NCBI GenBank assembly: GCA_044221725.1
Contig: JBGAON010000001.1
Location: forward strand, 480,001 to 544,000
Direction of reading: 5' to 3'
Length of the DNA: 64,000 nucleotides
Source: Elusimicrobiota bacterium
Lineage (GTDB): Bacteria; Elusimicrobiota; Elusimicrobia; F11
Shown here: positions 46,419 to 56,294 of the stretch, in pieces
Layout: each line of letters opens with the position of its first letter
Numbering within the stretch: position 1 is the first letter of the stretch
Position numbers and translations under genes: made by a program
Notes under the pieces: generated by a model
Told to the model about the DNA's origin: nothing
The model's database searches: none
The model's input: only the letters and a program-made list of their open reading frames with translations

Positions 46419-48220
46419 CGTTCTATGAACACCTTCTTCTTGAAGGTCTGGGTGCCGCTTGTAGTGGTGATTTTGATAAGCGCATAGTAAACGCCGGGTG
46501 TTACGCCTCTCGCATCCCATTCCGAAAATTGTTGCAGGCCCGCGGCCTTGTCCTCGCTCAATTCCTTTGTTAGTTGCCCAATTTCATCGATAATTCGGAT
46601 GTCGATTGTCCCTGCGTTGTCCATGTCATACATGAACCGCACAGTGTCTTTCGCTGGTTGCGGGTAAATGAGCAGTCCGTCGGCGGTTGAATCGGTTGAA
46701 CTGAAAGTTTGCGATTGCGTATTTCTGACCGAAACGCCCAAATCGAGTGTCTGTGAAACATCCCATGTCACATCGTCTTGCGTCAAAGCAAATTGGCATG
46801 TCGCGCTCGTGCGAGGATGCTTGGATGCCGTGATGCAGACGATATACCTGTCTCCGTCTCTGACATCGAGAACATATCCCGTTGGAGTGCTCCAATAAAT
46901 GCCGTCCTCGGATGGCACGAGATCCGTGAGCTTTGCGAGGGGCTGCAACAATCGGGAATCGTAGAGAAACAATGTTGCGGACGCGATGTCCGTTCTGTTT
47001 TGGGCGGACCCGAGATTGCGAAATCGTAAATTCCGAGCGCGTTCCTGGTCGTTGACCTCAACCGAGAAATCGAGGACCGGCTGATTTGCTTCACCAGGAT
47101 TTAATTTGGCGTTAAGGGGGCCATTGGTGGTGGCGCTTATTATGCCTTCCTTCAAGATCAATAAGCGTCCCGAAACCACAATCGAGAGATCCTTGAACGT
47201 GATATACGACCCCGGCGAGGCCTGGAACCGATTTGCGTCCGGAAGGTTGAGATCGGCTACGGCCCAACTCTGCGAACCGTTAACGGTTGTGGGCGGCGTT
47301 GTTTGAGCGCACGGGAGGGCCGTTGGTGAGAAGGCATACAACCGATTGTTCAAAGTGGCGAGTTGTGGAATGGGCAGCGCATTGCCGCCACTCGGAACAA
47401 TCGAAAAAGAAAATGCGCTTGTGCCGTCGGTGATCATGGACCCCCCAACGCTGCTCCAATAGAGCCATCCGTTCGACTCTGCCAGGTTCATGTATCCGGC
47501 ACGAAAGGATGTATTTTGCAGGTTCTGATCGGTGGCTATGATTTTTGTCCAATTAACGAGGTCCGGTGATTTCCAAACTCCGAACCGTTGAACGAGAGGT
47601 GCTGTCGAGATTGTTTGCGCTGTCATCAGATAAAGATCGGATTTGTACGCGCGAAACCGAGGCGATTCAAGCGGATTGCCCGGGATGTTTATCGAAACCG
47701 AGGTCCAGTGAGGCGTCGCTGTTTCATCGAATCTCCATAGGTCGCCGCGATACCCCACAGCGTACAGCGAGTCGTTGAATGAAAACACATCTCTCCAGCT
47801 GTCGGTCAGTCCACCCACTGTTAACGGAAATTCTGAGCTGTCCATGCGCGTCCATTGATTTCCGTCTGATGTTCGGTACACCCGGCGATCGTTGTTCGGC
47901 GGAGTGCTGGAATCGTCAATGAACGCGTAAAGGAATCCACCAAAGGCTTTCAACATGGTTGGATTACCGGCTTGTTGCGCAACCACAACGGTTGTCCAGG
48001 TAACCCCATCGATGGATTTTTTTACTGTGGTTCGGGTCAGCGAATCGGGCGATGAGATGCCAGCGTAGATGGCGTTCGAAAAGGTTTCTATTGTCGTTGG
48101 ATAACCATCCGGATAGCCAAAGTCTTTGGTCGTCCAGTGAGTTGCAGCGCCTGCCTTCAAAGACATTCCAACGCAGAGCGTCGCTAATAATATTCGCCGA
48201 AACTTTAAGAGCGCACTCAT
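46415..48220 (-). CDS. Secreted beta-propeller-like protein with a T9SS type-A/FlgD-like C-terminal domain
   Basis: Signal peptide; SxDGxxW repeats; C-terminal IYPQPAKD...WD...PGVYY...KKVFIER; ATG 48220 overlaps the upstream stop. Confidence 0.75.
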   Translation of the reverse strand: MSALLKFRRILLATLCVGMSLKAGAATHWTTKDFGYPDGYPTTIETFSNAIYAGISSPDSLTRTTVKKSIDGVTWTTVVVAQQAGNPTMLKAFGGFLYAFIDDSSTPPNNDRRVYRTSDGNQWTRMDSSEFPLTVGGLTDSWRDVFSFNDSLYAVGYRGDLWRFDETATPHWTSVSINIPGNPLESPRFRAYKSDLYLMTAQTISTAPLVQRFGVWKSPDLVNWTKIIATDQNLQNTSFRAGYMNLAESNGWLYWSSVGGSMITDGTSAFSFSIVPSGGNALPIPQLATLNNRLYAFSPTALPCAQTTPPTTVNGSQSWAVADLNLPDANRFQASPGSYITFKDLSIVVSGRLLILKEGIISATTNGPLNAKLNPGEANQPVLDFSVEVNDQERARNLRFRNLGSAQNRTDIASATLFLYDSRLLQPLAKLTDLVPSEDGIYWSTPTGYVLDVRDGDRYIVCITASKHPRTSATCQFALTQDDVTWDVSQTLDLGVSVRNTQSQTFSSTDSTADGLLIYPQPAKDTVRFMYDMDNAGTIDIRIIDEIGQLTKELSEDKAAGLQQFSEWDARGVTPGVYYALIKITTTSGTQTFKKKVFIER

Positions 48221-49782
48221 TTGGACTTGTCTCCCTGCCCGGCCATTTCCGCTTCGACCCGTTTCAAATTGTTCTGAATTCGAATATTGCTGGGGTCCAG
48301 TCGCGCAGCTTCCTTCCACAGTTCCCATGCACGTGAGAGTTGCCCCACGATGTAAGCGTTTAAGGCGTCGGCATTCAGTTCATCCACCTTTTGAAGTGTG
48401 GCGGAATCGGCCGTTTTTGTTAGGTGTTGTTTTTCTTTTGCGGCGCGGAGCCCAGCAATCGCATCGCTGTTGCCGGCGTCCAGTTGAAGAATTTTCTCCC
48501 AGGTGCGGATGGCTCGATCAATTTCACCCATCGCGTAAAGCGTGTAAGCCTGTTGCTGCAGTTGATCGAGGCGACCGATTTCATGGTTCTTATCTTTGCG
48601 TTTGGAAACATTCGTCTGCGCTTCCTTTTGTGATTGGCGCCGAAGTTTGTCCGCGATCGCGTGGCGGGTTTCGTTCATTTTTTTCTGGCACTCGTCGCAT
48701 GCGGGGTCCCATGCGGCAGCGGAGGTGAAATACTGTTCCGCCGTTTCCAGATGATTGTTTTTCAGCTCCTGTTGGCCCCGCTGGAAATTTTCCGAGGCTT
48801 TGGCTTTCATTCGGTCGTTTATCGTCGCATCGAGATTTCTCGCGGCATTTTCTCGTTCCTGATGGGTTAATCCAAACGACGTTGTTAAAGCAAAGCGATG
48901 TTCATCTCCAAAATCGCCGAGAGGTATCCATGCGTAATCAATTTTCCAGCCTTTCACCTTAACACCGGCGCCGAAGGAAAAACCGGCGATGACATCGTGG
49001 CGGTCTTTGCTTGAGTCAAAGCCGCCGCGCAGGTGAAATGAGGATTGGGTCCATTCGAGTCCTGTTCGGGAAGCAAGCGCTGATTTTGAGGATTTTTCCA
49101 ACTCCGAATAGAGCGCGAGAGAACTGCGCGCTTTCGCTAAAAGATTTAGGCCCACTCCAATGACGCCGGAGACCGGTAACGGGCCGTTGTCGGATGATGG
49201 GCCAAGGTTCCGAATCGCGATGCCAATATTTGTTTTAGGAAGTATGTCACGCAGAAGAATGCCGCCATCGGCGGCAAAGCTCGTGGTAGTTCTTTCGTAT
49301 CGTTGGTTGGTCCAAGACTTAAGAGAAAATCCCACGCCCGTGTGGTTGATTTGTCGTGACCATCCGATATCCGTACGAAATGTGCGGTACTGAAAATTGC
49401 CGAGACCGGTCACCGGGTCTCCCGCATCGTCGATGCCAGTCCGTTTTCCGGTTCCGTAATCAATGAATTGAAACGAACCGAACAATTTGTCTTCACCGGA
49501 GCGAATACCGCCGCCGATCGAAGTTCGTTTTGTGTCGAACAGCGCCTGATCGTATGAAAGAGCAAGTTCCGGAATTTCGAGACCGCTCGTTGCAGCGGGG
49601 TTTGAAAAAAGCGAAGAAACTCCTCCTTCTTTTGCTGCTTGAGAGCCACCCAGCGCAGCCATTTCCACCGACGGGGATCGTTTCAAAAACACATTCGCTT
49701 CGCGGCCTCCATTCGCGGACGCGCGTGCCGTGAAAATCAGAACGAAACACAAAACGTAATTGATGAGCTCGGAATTTCGCAT
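48217..49782 (-). CDS. PorV/PorQ-like beta-barrel fused to C-terminal TPRs
   Basis: FL...S....ALGG, SLFSNPA, DYG, FAADGG, RNLG, DYAWIPLGDFG.EHRFAL, then TPRs. Confidence 0.75.
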   Translation of the reverse strand: MRNSELINYVLCFVLIFTARASANGGREANVFLKRSPSVEMAALGGSQAAKEGGVSSLFSNPAATSGLEIPELALSYDQALFDTKRTSIGGGIRSGEDKLFGSFQFIDYGTGKRTGIDDAGDPVTGLGNFQYRTFRTDIGWSRQINHTGVGFSLKSWTNQRYERTTTSFAADGGILLRDILPKTNIGIAIRNLGPSSDNGPLPVSGVIGVGLNLLAKARSSLALYSELEKSSKSALASRTGLEWTQSSFHLRGGFDSSKDRHDVIAGFSFGAGVKVKGWKIDYAWIPLGDFGDEHRFALTTSFGLTHQERENAARNLDATINDRMKAKASENFQRGQQELKNNHLETAEQYFTSAAAWDPACDECQKKMNETRHAIADKLRRQSQKEAQTNVSKRKDKNHEIGRLDQLQQQAYTLYAMGEIDRAIRTWEKILQLDAGNSDAIAGLRAAKEKQHLTKTADSATLQKVDELNADALNAYIVGQLSRAWELWKEAARLDPSNIRIQNNLKRVEAEMAGQGDKSK

Positions 49783-49945
49783 GGTTGTTGGCAACGATGG
49801 CTATAGGAAGCGTAATCCCGCTCGGAACAGCGATCAACGCTTTATTTAAGAAATGGTTATTGATTTAATTCAAAAATCGCATTGAATATTCTTCCGGAAC
49901 TCGTCAAGTAACAGAATCGTTCAAAAACTGTCGTCGGGAGGGAAA

Positions 49946-50782
49946 ATGGCCAAGCAAAGCAGTGCTGAGTCTGTTTCATCCGATGTGTATTCGGCCGATT
50001 ATTATTTGCAACGGTGTGGGGGCGTCGAATTCTTCCACCTGTACAAAGATGAGATTTTAAAGCCCGCTATTCAGTTGGCGGTGAAACGCGCGGAATTGGA
50101 AGTCGGCATGAAAATACTTGATGTCGGCTGCGGGCGTGGTGAGTTGGTGGCGCATCTTTCGAAACGTGGGTTTGATGCGATGGGCGTCGATTATTCGGCG
50201 GACGCTATACGCCTCGCGAACGAATATTTTCCCGGAGCGCGGTTTCTGTGTGGGGATCTTCGTGAGCTGAACTTCGACGATGCTTCGTTTGACAGAATCT
50301 TTTTCCTCGGCGTTATCGAGCACTTAACCGATGAGCAGATTGCACAAGCGCTGAATGAGTTTCGCCGATTGTTAAAACCAGGCGGCATGGTGATCATGAC
50401 CACCTGCACAAATTCCCTTTATTACAAGACGTGGACGTACGACTTACGGCGAGGGTTCGTAAAATTTGCCGAGCGGATAGGCATTCGGCTCAAACCGCCA
50501 TCGCCACCGCGAACGGAAGAAGACGTCGCGATGCACGTGAACGAAAAAAATGTTTTTTCATTAAAGCGTCATTTCACGGAAGACGCTTGGTTCGTAAACG
50601 TGGAACCGCGTTTGAATTCCAAGCTTTGCTACGACGAAATATACGGCGACGTTTCGCGGGCAAATTTTCCGCTGAAGCGTGCTTCTGTTGCGCGGCAATT
50701 TTTGTACAAAGCGATGATGATTGTTCCTTTGCTTGGACTTCTCATTACACGATTCAATATGGTTATTCTGCGATTGAGGTAA
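49946..50782 (+). CDS. Class I SAM-dependent methyltransferase
   Basis: ILDVGCGRG, GVDYS, SFD, VIEHL, RLLKPGG. Confidence 0.9.
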   Translation: MAKQSSAESVSSDVYSADYYLQRCGGVEFFHLYKDEILKPAIQLAVKRAELEVGMKILDVGCGRGELVAHLSKRGFDAMGVDYSADAIRLANEYFPGARFLCGDLRELNFDDASFDRIFFLGVIEHLTDEQIAQALNEFRRLLKPGGMVIMTTCTNSLYYKTWTYDLRRGFVKFAERIGIRLKPPSPPRTEEDVAMHVNEKNVFSLKRHFTEDAWFVNVEPRLNSKLCYDEIYGDVSRANFPLKRASVARQFLYKAMMIVPLLGLLITRFNMVILRLR

Positions 50783-50846
50783 ACTAAAAATGGGATCTTC
50801 GACAGGTGTCGCGACGGATATCGTCGAGCGAGTTAAATCAAAATAA

Positions 50847-51512
50847 GTGATTTCCAAATTACCGCGGTGGGTGTGGATTGGTGCCGGCGTTCTCGCGTTC
50901 ATTGCCGGTCTTATTAATGTGGTCGGACTCCTCGGGTTCGAACACGAAACCGTCACGCATCTCACCGGAAATACTTCTCGACTCGCCGAGGCCATTGCAA
51001 ATTTGAACATTGGAGCCATCCATCATCTTTTCTGTTTGATTGGCGCGTTTGTGGCGGGCACCGTGATCAGTGGATTTGTGATCAAAGACAGTGCGTTGCA
51101 GCTCGATCACAATTACAGCGTGGTGTTGATGCTGGAATCATTGTTTCTGTTTGTTTCGGTGCCGCTCATGCGGCATTCCTACGCGTTTGGCATGTACACA
51201 GCCGCGTGCGCGTGCGGTCTGCAAAACGCGATGATGACCACCTACAGCGGCGCCGTCGTGCGCACGACGCACGTGTCCGGCATGTTCACCGATCTTGGAA
51301 TTTCGTTGGGCCATTTGATGCGTGGTTTGCCGATCAATCGACGGCGGCTGGCGTTGTGCTTGGTCGTCATCGCGGGTTTTTTAGCGGGCGGAATTTTTGG
51401 AACGTTGATTTTTCACAAGTACGATTACGGAGCGCTTTATTTCCCAGCGGTTCTCACCATCGTTATTTCGTTGACCTATCAGCTGTACCGACGCCGACAA
51501 AGCGCCGCATAA
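50847..51512 (+). CDS. YoaK/DUF1275 family membrane protein
   Basis: AGLINVVG, THLTGN, CGLQNA, RTTHVSGMFTDLG. Confidence 0.9.
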   Translation: MISKLPRWVWIGAGVLAFIAGLINVVGLLGFEHETVTHLTGNTSRLAEAIANLNIGAIHHLFCLIGAFVAGTVISGFVIKDSALQLDHNYSVVLMLESLFLFVSVPLMRHSYAFGMYTAACACGLQNAMMTTYSGAVVRTTHVSGMFTDLGISLGHLMRGLPINRRRLALCLVVIAGFLAGGIFGTLIFHKYDYGALYFPAVLTIVISLTYQLYRRRQSAA

Positions 51513-51530
51513 AAAAGCCATCCGCCGCGT

Positions 51531-51917
51531 CTACCCCATTACTTTGTTTAAGCAGTCGCTGTACCGGCTTCCAACATTTTTTATTCTTTCCGACAACAAC
51601 AGAATCTGTTCTTCGATATCGGGAATAACATCCGTGGCACCAATTTCTATGAGATAGGAGCGCTGCTCTTGTAATTTGCTTAGTTCGCCTTTAAGCCGCC
51701 AGTAAAGGTCGCGCAAATTGTCGCAATCGCCGTTGGGTGCCGGAGGTGTTGCCGGAGGAGGCGGCGCGGGTGGTGCGGGTGGCCAGTTGCCGGGAGCGAT
51801 GTTTAAATCTGGTGCGATTCTTTGAGTTCCGTCTACTTCGGTCATTTCTGCTTTTGACACTGAAGCTCCGGCGATAAGCGCCACTGCCATCAAAACCATG
51901 CTGTATTTTTTCTTCAT
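51531..51917 (-). CDS. Small secreted protein with a Pro-rich linker and C-terminal helical hairpin
   Basis: GGAG RBS; signal peptide MKKKYSMVLMAVALIAGASVSKA; PPAPPAPPPPATPPAP; two Cys flanking a helical segment. Confidence 0.7.
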   Translation of the reverse strand: MKKKYSMVLMAVALIAGASVSKAEMTEVDGTQRIAPDLNIAPGNWPPAPPAPPPPATPPAPNGDCDNLRDLYWRLKGELSKLQEQRSYLIEIGATDVIPDIEEQILLLSERIKNVGSRYSDCLNKVMG

Positions 51918-52049
51918 ATCTATCTCCAATTGATCGTTATTGCCGGATTTCGAGAGGGAAATATTTGAGCGGCAACCATCCATAGATATGCAACGACTCG
52001 GCCGGGTTAGGGTGGGGTAATAATAGGAAGGACGGCTAGATAACTGCGG

Positions 52050-52511
52050 TTACGCCGCTTTCTTCCATTCGTAGGTGTCGTCGTCGGCGTCGTATTGACG
52101 GCAGACCTTTTTCACAAATTGCGGGTCGATACCGAAGGCTTTTTGGATTTTTGTTAGCAGGAAAGCTTCTTCTTGGCCCAGTCCGTCCGAGCAGGCCAAC
52201 GCGGCAACCAGCTGAAAGCATTGTTTTTGTAAGTTTGCGTTTAGCGTTTTCTTTGCGACCGCCAAAAGTGATTGAACGCCCTGTTCGGTTAGCATTCCAT
52301 TTTCGCAGGGGAGAGTGTCGTACATTCGCTCGGTAACGTTCCCAAGCACGCGATTGAATTTCGTGGCGTCATACGTCTTGAACACATCGAGCTTTTTCGC
52401 TTCCGTGAGAAGGAAATCATGCTCGGAAAAATTTCCGACACTGTCAGCAGCGATCATTACCGATGCAAGCGCGCAAATGGCTTCCGCTGGTTCTTTGAAT
52501 TCTATGGACAT
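52050..52511 (-). CDS. TerB-like protein
   Basis: GGAGG RBS before ATG 52511; MIAAD...SE and ALACSDGL..EE...L..I motifs. Confidence 0.7.
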   Translation of the reverse strand: MSIEFKEPAEAICALASVMIAADSVGNFSEHDFLLTEAKKLDVFKTYDATKFNRVLGNVTERMYDTLPCENGMLTEQGVQSLLAVAKKTLNANLQKQCFQLVAALACSDGLGQEEAFLLTKIQKAFGIDPQFVKKVCRQYDADDDTYEWKKAA

Positions 52512-52656
52512 GATTCCTCCCGGGGGGCTGGTTAATATTCCTATGTTTAACCAGAATCCCATCCCGTTTCCATAGATTCCTCTCGTTTGCGCACGAATTT
52601 CTTCGTGCGCTGCAACCGAACCGTTATTTCGATTCGATTCGTTGTGTAGGTTTGGA

Positions 52657-53013
52657 TTAACGTCCGCGACCGCGCAAAGAGTGGTCGTACACCGTAACTT
52701 GAGCTTCTTGAACAACCGGGTCCGCACCGCGCGTCAATTTCTTCATTTGAGCGTCCGCGGACTTGGCCGGTTTCTCATTCTTGGCGCGTTCCAAGAACGC
52801 GTGATCGGTGACGCCACGATACGCTTCGGGAATACGCTCTCTTTCTTTCAAATAGTTTTCAGTGATGTTCACCATGCGCGTGTTGTATTCGAGCATGATC
52901 GCGATTTTGTCCGCTTCTCCGACGTTCGCATTTGTTTCTTCGGCGTGAAGCGCCGTGGCGGCGATTAAGGGCAAGGCGGAAGCGACGAGCGTGCGCAGGA
53001 ATTTCTTGTTCAT
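52657..53013 (-). CDS. Small secreted hypothetical protein
   Basis: GAGGA RBS; signal peptide MNKKFLRTLVASALPLIAATALHA. Confidence 0.65.
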   Translation of the reverse strand: MNKKFLRTLVASALPLIAATALHAEETNANVGEADKIAIMLEYNTRMVNITENYLKERERIPEAYRGVTDHAFLERAKNEKPAKSADAQMKKLTRGADPVVQEAQVTVYDHSLRGRGR

Positions 53014-53101
53014 AAGTCCTCCTCTGGTGATTTTCGAGCGTTGATTCCGCATGTTCCATGCAACGCCATCGCCCGGGCAGGAACGGTGCATAACCAAAGC
53101 G

Positions 53102-54139
53102 ATGGTCCAGAGAATTGTGAACAACATCAATGGATTCGTTTTTCAGTACAAGCTACTTTCGGTGTTCGTTTCGATGGTGGCATTGTTTGATTTGAGCTTG
53201 GGTTTGAAACCGGTTCGTACCCAACTCATCGAATATTTTTTGCCACCCGTAGAATACGCCACGGTCCCAAGCGAGATCGAAACAACCATTCGCATTCCAA
53301 AACCCGAAGCCGTTCTGCCCCGTGTGCCGAAGGTCCCATCGGTCGTTAAACCGGTTGTTGCTACCGTGGTTGCTCCAAAAGAAACTTTTGCGCGAACGCC
53401 CGCAAAGGGGATTTCAAAACGGATTCATCACACAGTGCTAAAACCAGCGCCGAAGGCCAACTCACCGGTGGTGCCAATAAAAGAAGAGACCGTTTCCAGT
53501 GTTTTGCCGGCGCCAAAAGATTTATCGCGAACCGATTTTGCGGAACCCGCCCGCGTTCGGGTTTCTTCTAAAAACCTGCCGCCCGGCGTGAAGGTTAAGC
53601 AGCTGGAATTTTTGACGCGGGTCGTGTCACCAGGGGAAAAAATTTCCTTTAACTTTAAAGGGACCGGTTTCGATGTTCCGTTCCTACAAATGTTGCGGAT
53701 ATCGACAAGCAACGATGGCGTCGCGTTGAAAGATCTCACTTTGCTGAGTCCGACGGAAGCATCGGGCACCCTCACCGTGACGGCCGATGCGGCCAACGGA
53801 GTGTTCTATCCCGTGTTGGCCGTGCTGGGAACACCGGTATTTCAGTCGAAGGAGCCCTACGTCGTGCTCAAATCGGGCAAAGTGTTGTCCGCGACCGTGA
53901 TTGATTCGTCAAAAAAGAACGCCGGTAAGATTCGCATCGTTACAAATATTTCCGACGATATGTTGAAGCGTTTATCCGTGTTCCAGGTTTGCGACGGAAA
54001 AGAAACGAAACTCAAGCTTTCGGCAAAACTTCCCAATATTGTTGAAGCGCCGCTTCGACCGGAAACAATTAAGAGGCCGTATTATTTTTACGTAACCATC
54101 GATTCGCACGTCATCTGGAAGCTTCCTTCGCAATCGTAA
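53102..54139 (+). CDS. Membrane-anchored hypothetical protein with a Pro/Val-rich stalk and beta-rich C-terminal domain
   Basis: One N-terminal hydrophobic helix, low-complexity linker, beta-rich C-terminal half; start uncertain (53051 or 53102). Confidence 0.6.
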   Translation: MVQRIVNNINGFVFQYKLLSVFVSMVALFDLSLGLKPVRTQLIEYFLPPVEYATVPSEIETTIRIPKPEAVLPRVPKVPSVVKPVVATVVAPKETFARTPAKGISKRIHHTVLKPAPKANSPVVPIKEETVSSVLPAPKDLSRTDFAEPARVRVSSKNLPPGVKVKQLEFLTRVVSPGEKISFNFKGTGFDVPFLQMLRISTSNDGVALKDLTLLSPTEASGTLTVTADAANGVFYPVLAVLGTPVFQSKEPYVVLKSGKVLSATVIDSSKKNAGKIRIVTNISDDMLKRLSVFQVCDGKETKLKLSAKLPNIVEAPLRPETIKRPYYFYVTIDSHVIWKLPSQS

Positions 54140-54181
54140 CGCACTTCTTGTTCCGTTGAGATTCCACCTTATACTTGGAGC

Positions 54182-55354
54182 ATGCCAGACGCCTCGACCA
54201 AATCAGCCTCAACGAAACTGTTGCTGGTTTCAGACAACGCGAAAGACAGTCTCACGTTGCGGATGATGCTCGCCGACATCAAAGGGAAACCCTACGACAT
54301 TGTTGAAACAAAGACCGTGAAAGACGGGCTTCAGCTTTTGTCTTCTGTCGGTTTCGGCGCGGTGTTGTTGGACCTCACTATCAAAGGGAACAAAGGGGGC
54401 TTGGCCGCACTGGTGGAGATTGAGAAAGAGAATTCGGCGGTGCCGATTATTATTCTCGCGGGCCGTGAAGATCAAGCTGCCGCGATGGAAGCGGTCACGC
54501 GCGGCGCGCAAGACTATTTGATCAAGGGCCGCTTGGACGCGAACGTGCTGGCGCGCGTGATTCATTACGCGATGGAACGTCACCGCGTCATGCGTGAAAT
54601 GAAACAAAAGAATCAAGAGCTTGCGCGACTGAACGCACTCAAATCCGAATTTGTATCCACCGTGTCGCACGAACTGCGCACGCCGCTCACGGTCATCCTT
54701 TCGTCGTCGAATAACCTGCTCGACGGAGCCGTCGGCGCGTTAAGCGATGACCAAAAGAAATGGGTGAAAAAAATAAATGGCCACGCTCTCCGGCTCCACG
54801 AAATGATAAATGACATTCTCAATCTTTCGAAGTTGCAGTCCGGAAAGGCCGAAATGAATTGTTCCGCTCTCGATGTTGCGGAATTCGTTCGCGAAAAAGT
54901 AGATGGGCTTCTGACGCTTGCGCACGAACGGTCTCTGCGTTTGGGCGTATCGGTGCCGACGACATTGCGATTGCTTTGGGTCGACGCGGCTCGCCTCGAA
55001 CAGGTGCTCACGAATTTGATTGGAAACGCGATCAAGTACACTCCCACCGGAGGCAAGATTACCGTGTCCGTGACAGAAAATTCGGACGCCATGGAGTTCG
55101 CGGTTCAAGACACCGGTCCCGGCGTTGCGCCGGAGCATCGCAATATGATCTTCGAGCGATTTCGACAAATTCGGCAGAAAGATGACCCGGAAAAAGCCAC
55201 GCAAGGCATCGGCTTGGGTCTCGCTATCAGCAAAGAGATCGTCAACCATCACGGAGGAAAAATCTGGGTGGAGAGCGAACCGGGTCAAGGCAGTCGGTTT
55301 GTGTTCACAATCCCGTTTCGGCCGGACGAAGCTCGACCGGCGAAGGCGGCGTAA
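54182..55354 (+). CDS. Cytoplasmic hybrid kinase (REC-HisKA-HATPase)
   Basis: VLLDL...GAQDYLIKG receiver; SHELRTPL; NAIKYT; DTGPG; GIGLGL. Confidence 0.92.
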   Translation: MPDASTKSASTKLLLVSDNAKDSLTLRMMLADIKGKPYDIVETKTVKDGLQLLSSVGFGAVLLDLTIKGNKGGLAALVEIEKENSAVPIIILAGREDQAAAMEAVTRGAQDYLIKGRLDANVLARVIHYAMERHRVMREMKQKNQELARLNALKSEFVSTVSHELRTPLTVILSSSNNLLDGAVGALSDDQKKWVKKINGHALRLHEMINDILNLSKLQSGKAEMNCSALDVAEFVREKVDGLLTLAHERSLRLGVSVPTTLRLLWVDAARLEQVLTNLIGNAIKYTPTGGKITVSVTENSDAMEFAVQDTGPGVAPEHRNMIFERFRQIRQKDDPEKATQGIGLGLAISKEIVNHHGGKIWVESEPGQGSRFVFTIPFRPDEARPAKAA

Positions 55355-55355
55355 C

Positions 55356-55748
55356 GTGGGACTGTTCAAAGAATCAAAAAAGAGAATTCTCGTTGTGGAA
55401 GACGAGCCGGATATTTCCGATAGCATTCAATTGCGATTGGACATGGCGGGATTCGAGGTATGTCAGGCAAAGGATGGCCAGGAGGCTCTGCGAGTCGCAA
55501 AGTCCGAAAAACCGGACTTAATTCTGCTCGATATTATGATGCCGAAGATGGATGGTTACGAAGTCTGCCGCGTGCTGCGCAGTTCTGAAACAACCAAGCG
55601 CATACCCATTTTGATTTTGACAGCGCTTCAAATGGTCGGCGATGTCGACAAAGCCTTTGAAGTCGGCGCCAACGATTACTTAGGCAAGCCGTTCACGAAC
55701 GAGCGCTTGCTCGCAAAAGTTCAGAAACTGTTGTTCCCTTCGCTCTGA
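55356..55748 (+). CDS. Single-domain response regulator
   Basis: ILVVEDE, DLILLDIMMPKMDG, GANDYLGKPF; GTG start 55356. Confidence 0.92.
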   Translation: MGLFKESKKRILVVEDEPDISDSIQLRLDMAGFEVCQAKDGQEALRVAKSEKPDLILLDIMMPKMDGYEVCRVLRSSETTKRIPILILTALQMVGDVDKAFEVGANDYLGKPFTNERLLAKVQKLLFPSL

Positions 55749-55763
55749 TATAATTCCGGCCTC

Positions 55764-56294
55764 ATGCTCATCCTTTTTAAATTTTTCGGCGGTATTATTT
55801 CCACGCTCAACAGCGACGATTCTCCAAAACAACTCGGATGCGGTTTCGCGTATGGCGCATTGATCGGTCTTATCCCGCTCAAAGGGCTTTTGCCCCCGGT
55901 TCTCGGTTTTTTGTCCTTCCTTATTAATATCAATCTCGGGTTTGTGGCGCTGGCTGGCATGATCTTTAAGTTGCTTGGATTTCTTGTTGACCCGATTGCG
56001 AATCAAATCGGTTTTGTTTTGCTGACGAAGGTGCCGGCGCTGCACCCGTTCTGGACAAAGCTTTACAACATGCCGATCGTTCCTTACACGCGGTTCAATA
56101 ACACGATTGTGCTGGGAAGTGTGGTGCTGGGTCTGGTTCTATTGGTGCCCAACTATTTCCTTGGAAAACGTCTCGTCGGTTTGTACCGCGCACATTTCCG
56201 CGACAAAGTTGAACAATTCCGCATCATGAAGCTCATTAAGGCGAGCAAGTTTTATCAGTATTACGAAACGTACCGAGGAATCCGAGGCGGATGA
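55764..56294 (+). CDS. TIGR03546-family membrane protein
   Basis: LNS..SP.QL..G, PYTRFNNTIVLGS; paired with the following gene. Confidence 0.8.
   Translation: MLILFKFFGGIISTLNSDDSPKQLGCGFAYGALIGLIPLKGLLPPVLGFLSFLININLGFVALAGMIFKLLGFLVDPIANQIGFVLLTKVPALHPFWTKLYNMPIVPYTRFNNTIVLGSVVLGLVLLVPNYFLGKRLVGLYRAHFRDKVEQFRIMKLIKASKFYQYYETYRGIRGG

Noticed and set aside
52512..52727. N-terminal extension or frameshift joining the 52657-53013 gene to the TerB-like gene
   Set aside because: A strong GGAGG RBS precedes ATG 52511 and the extension has no protein-like features
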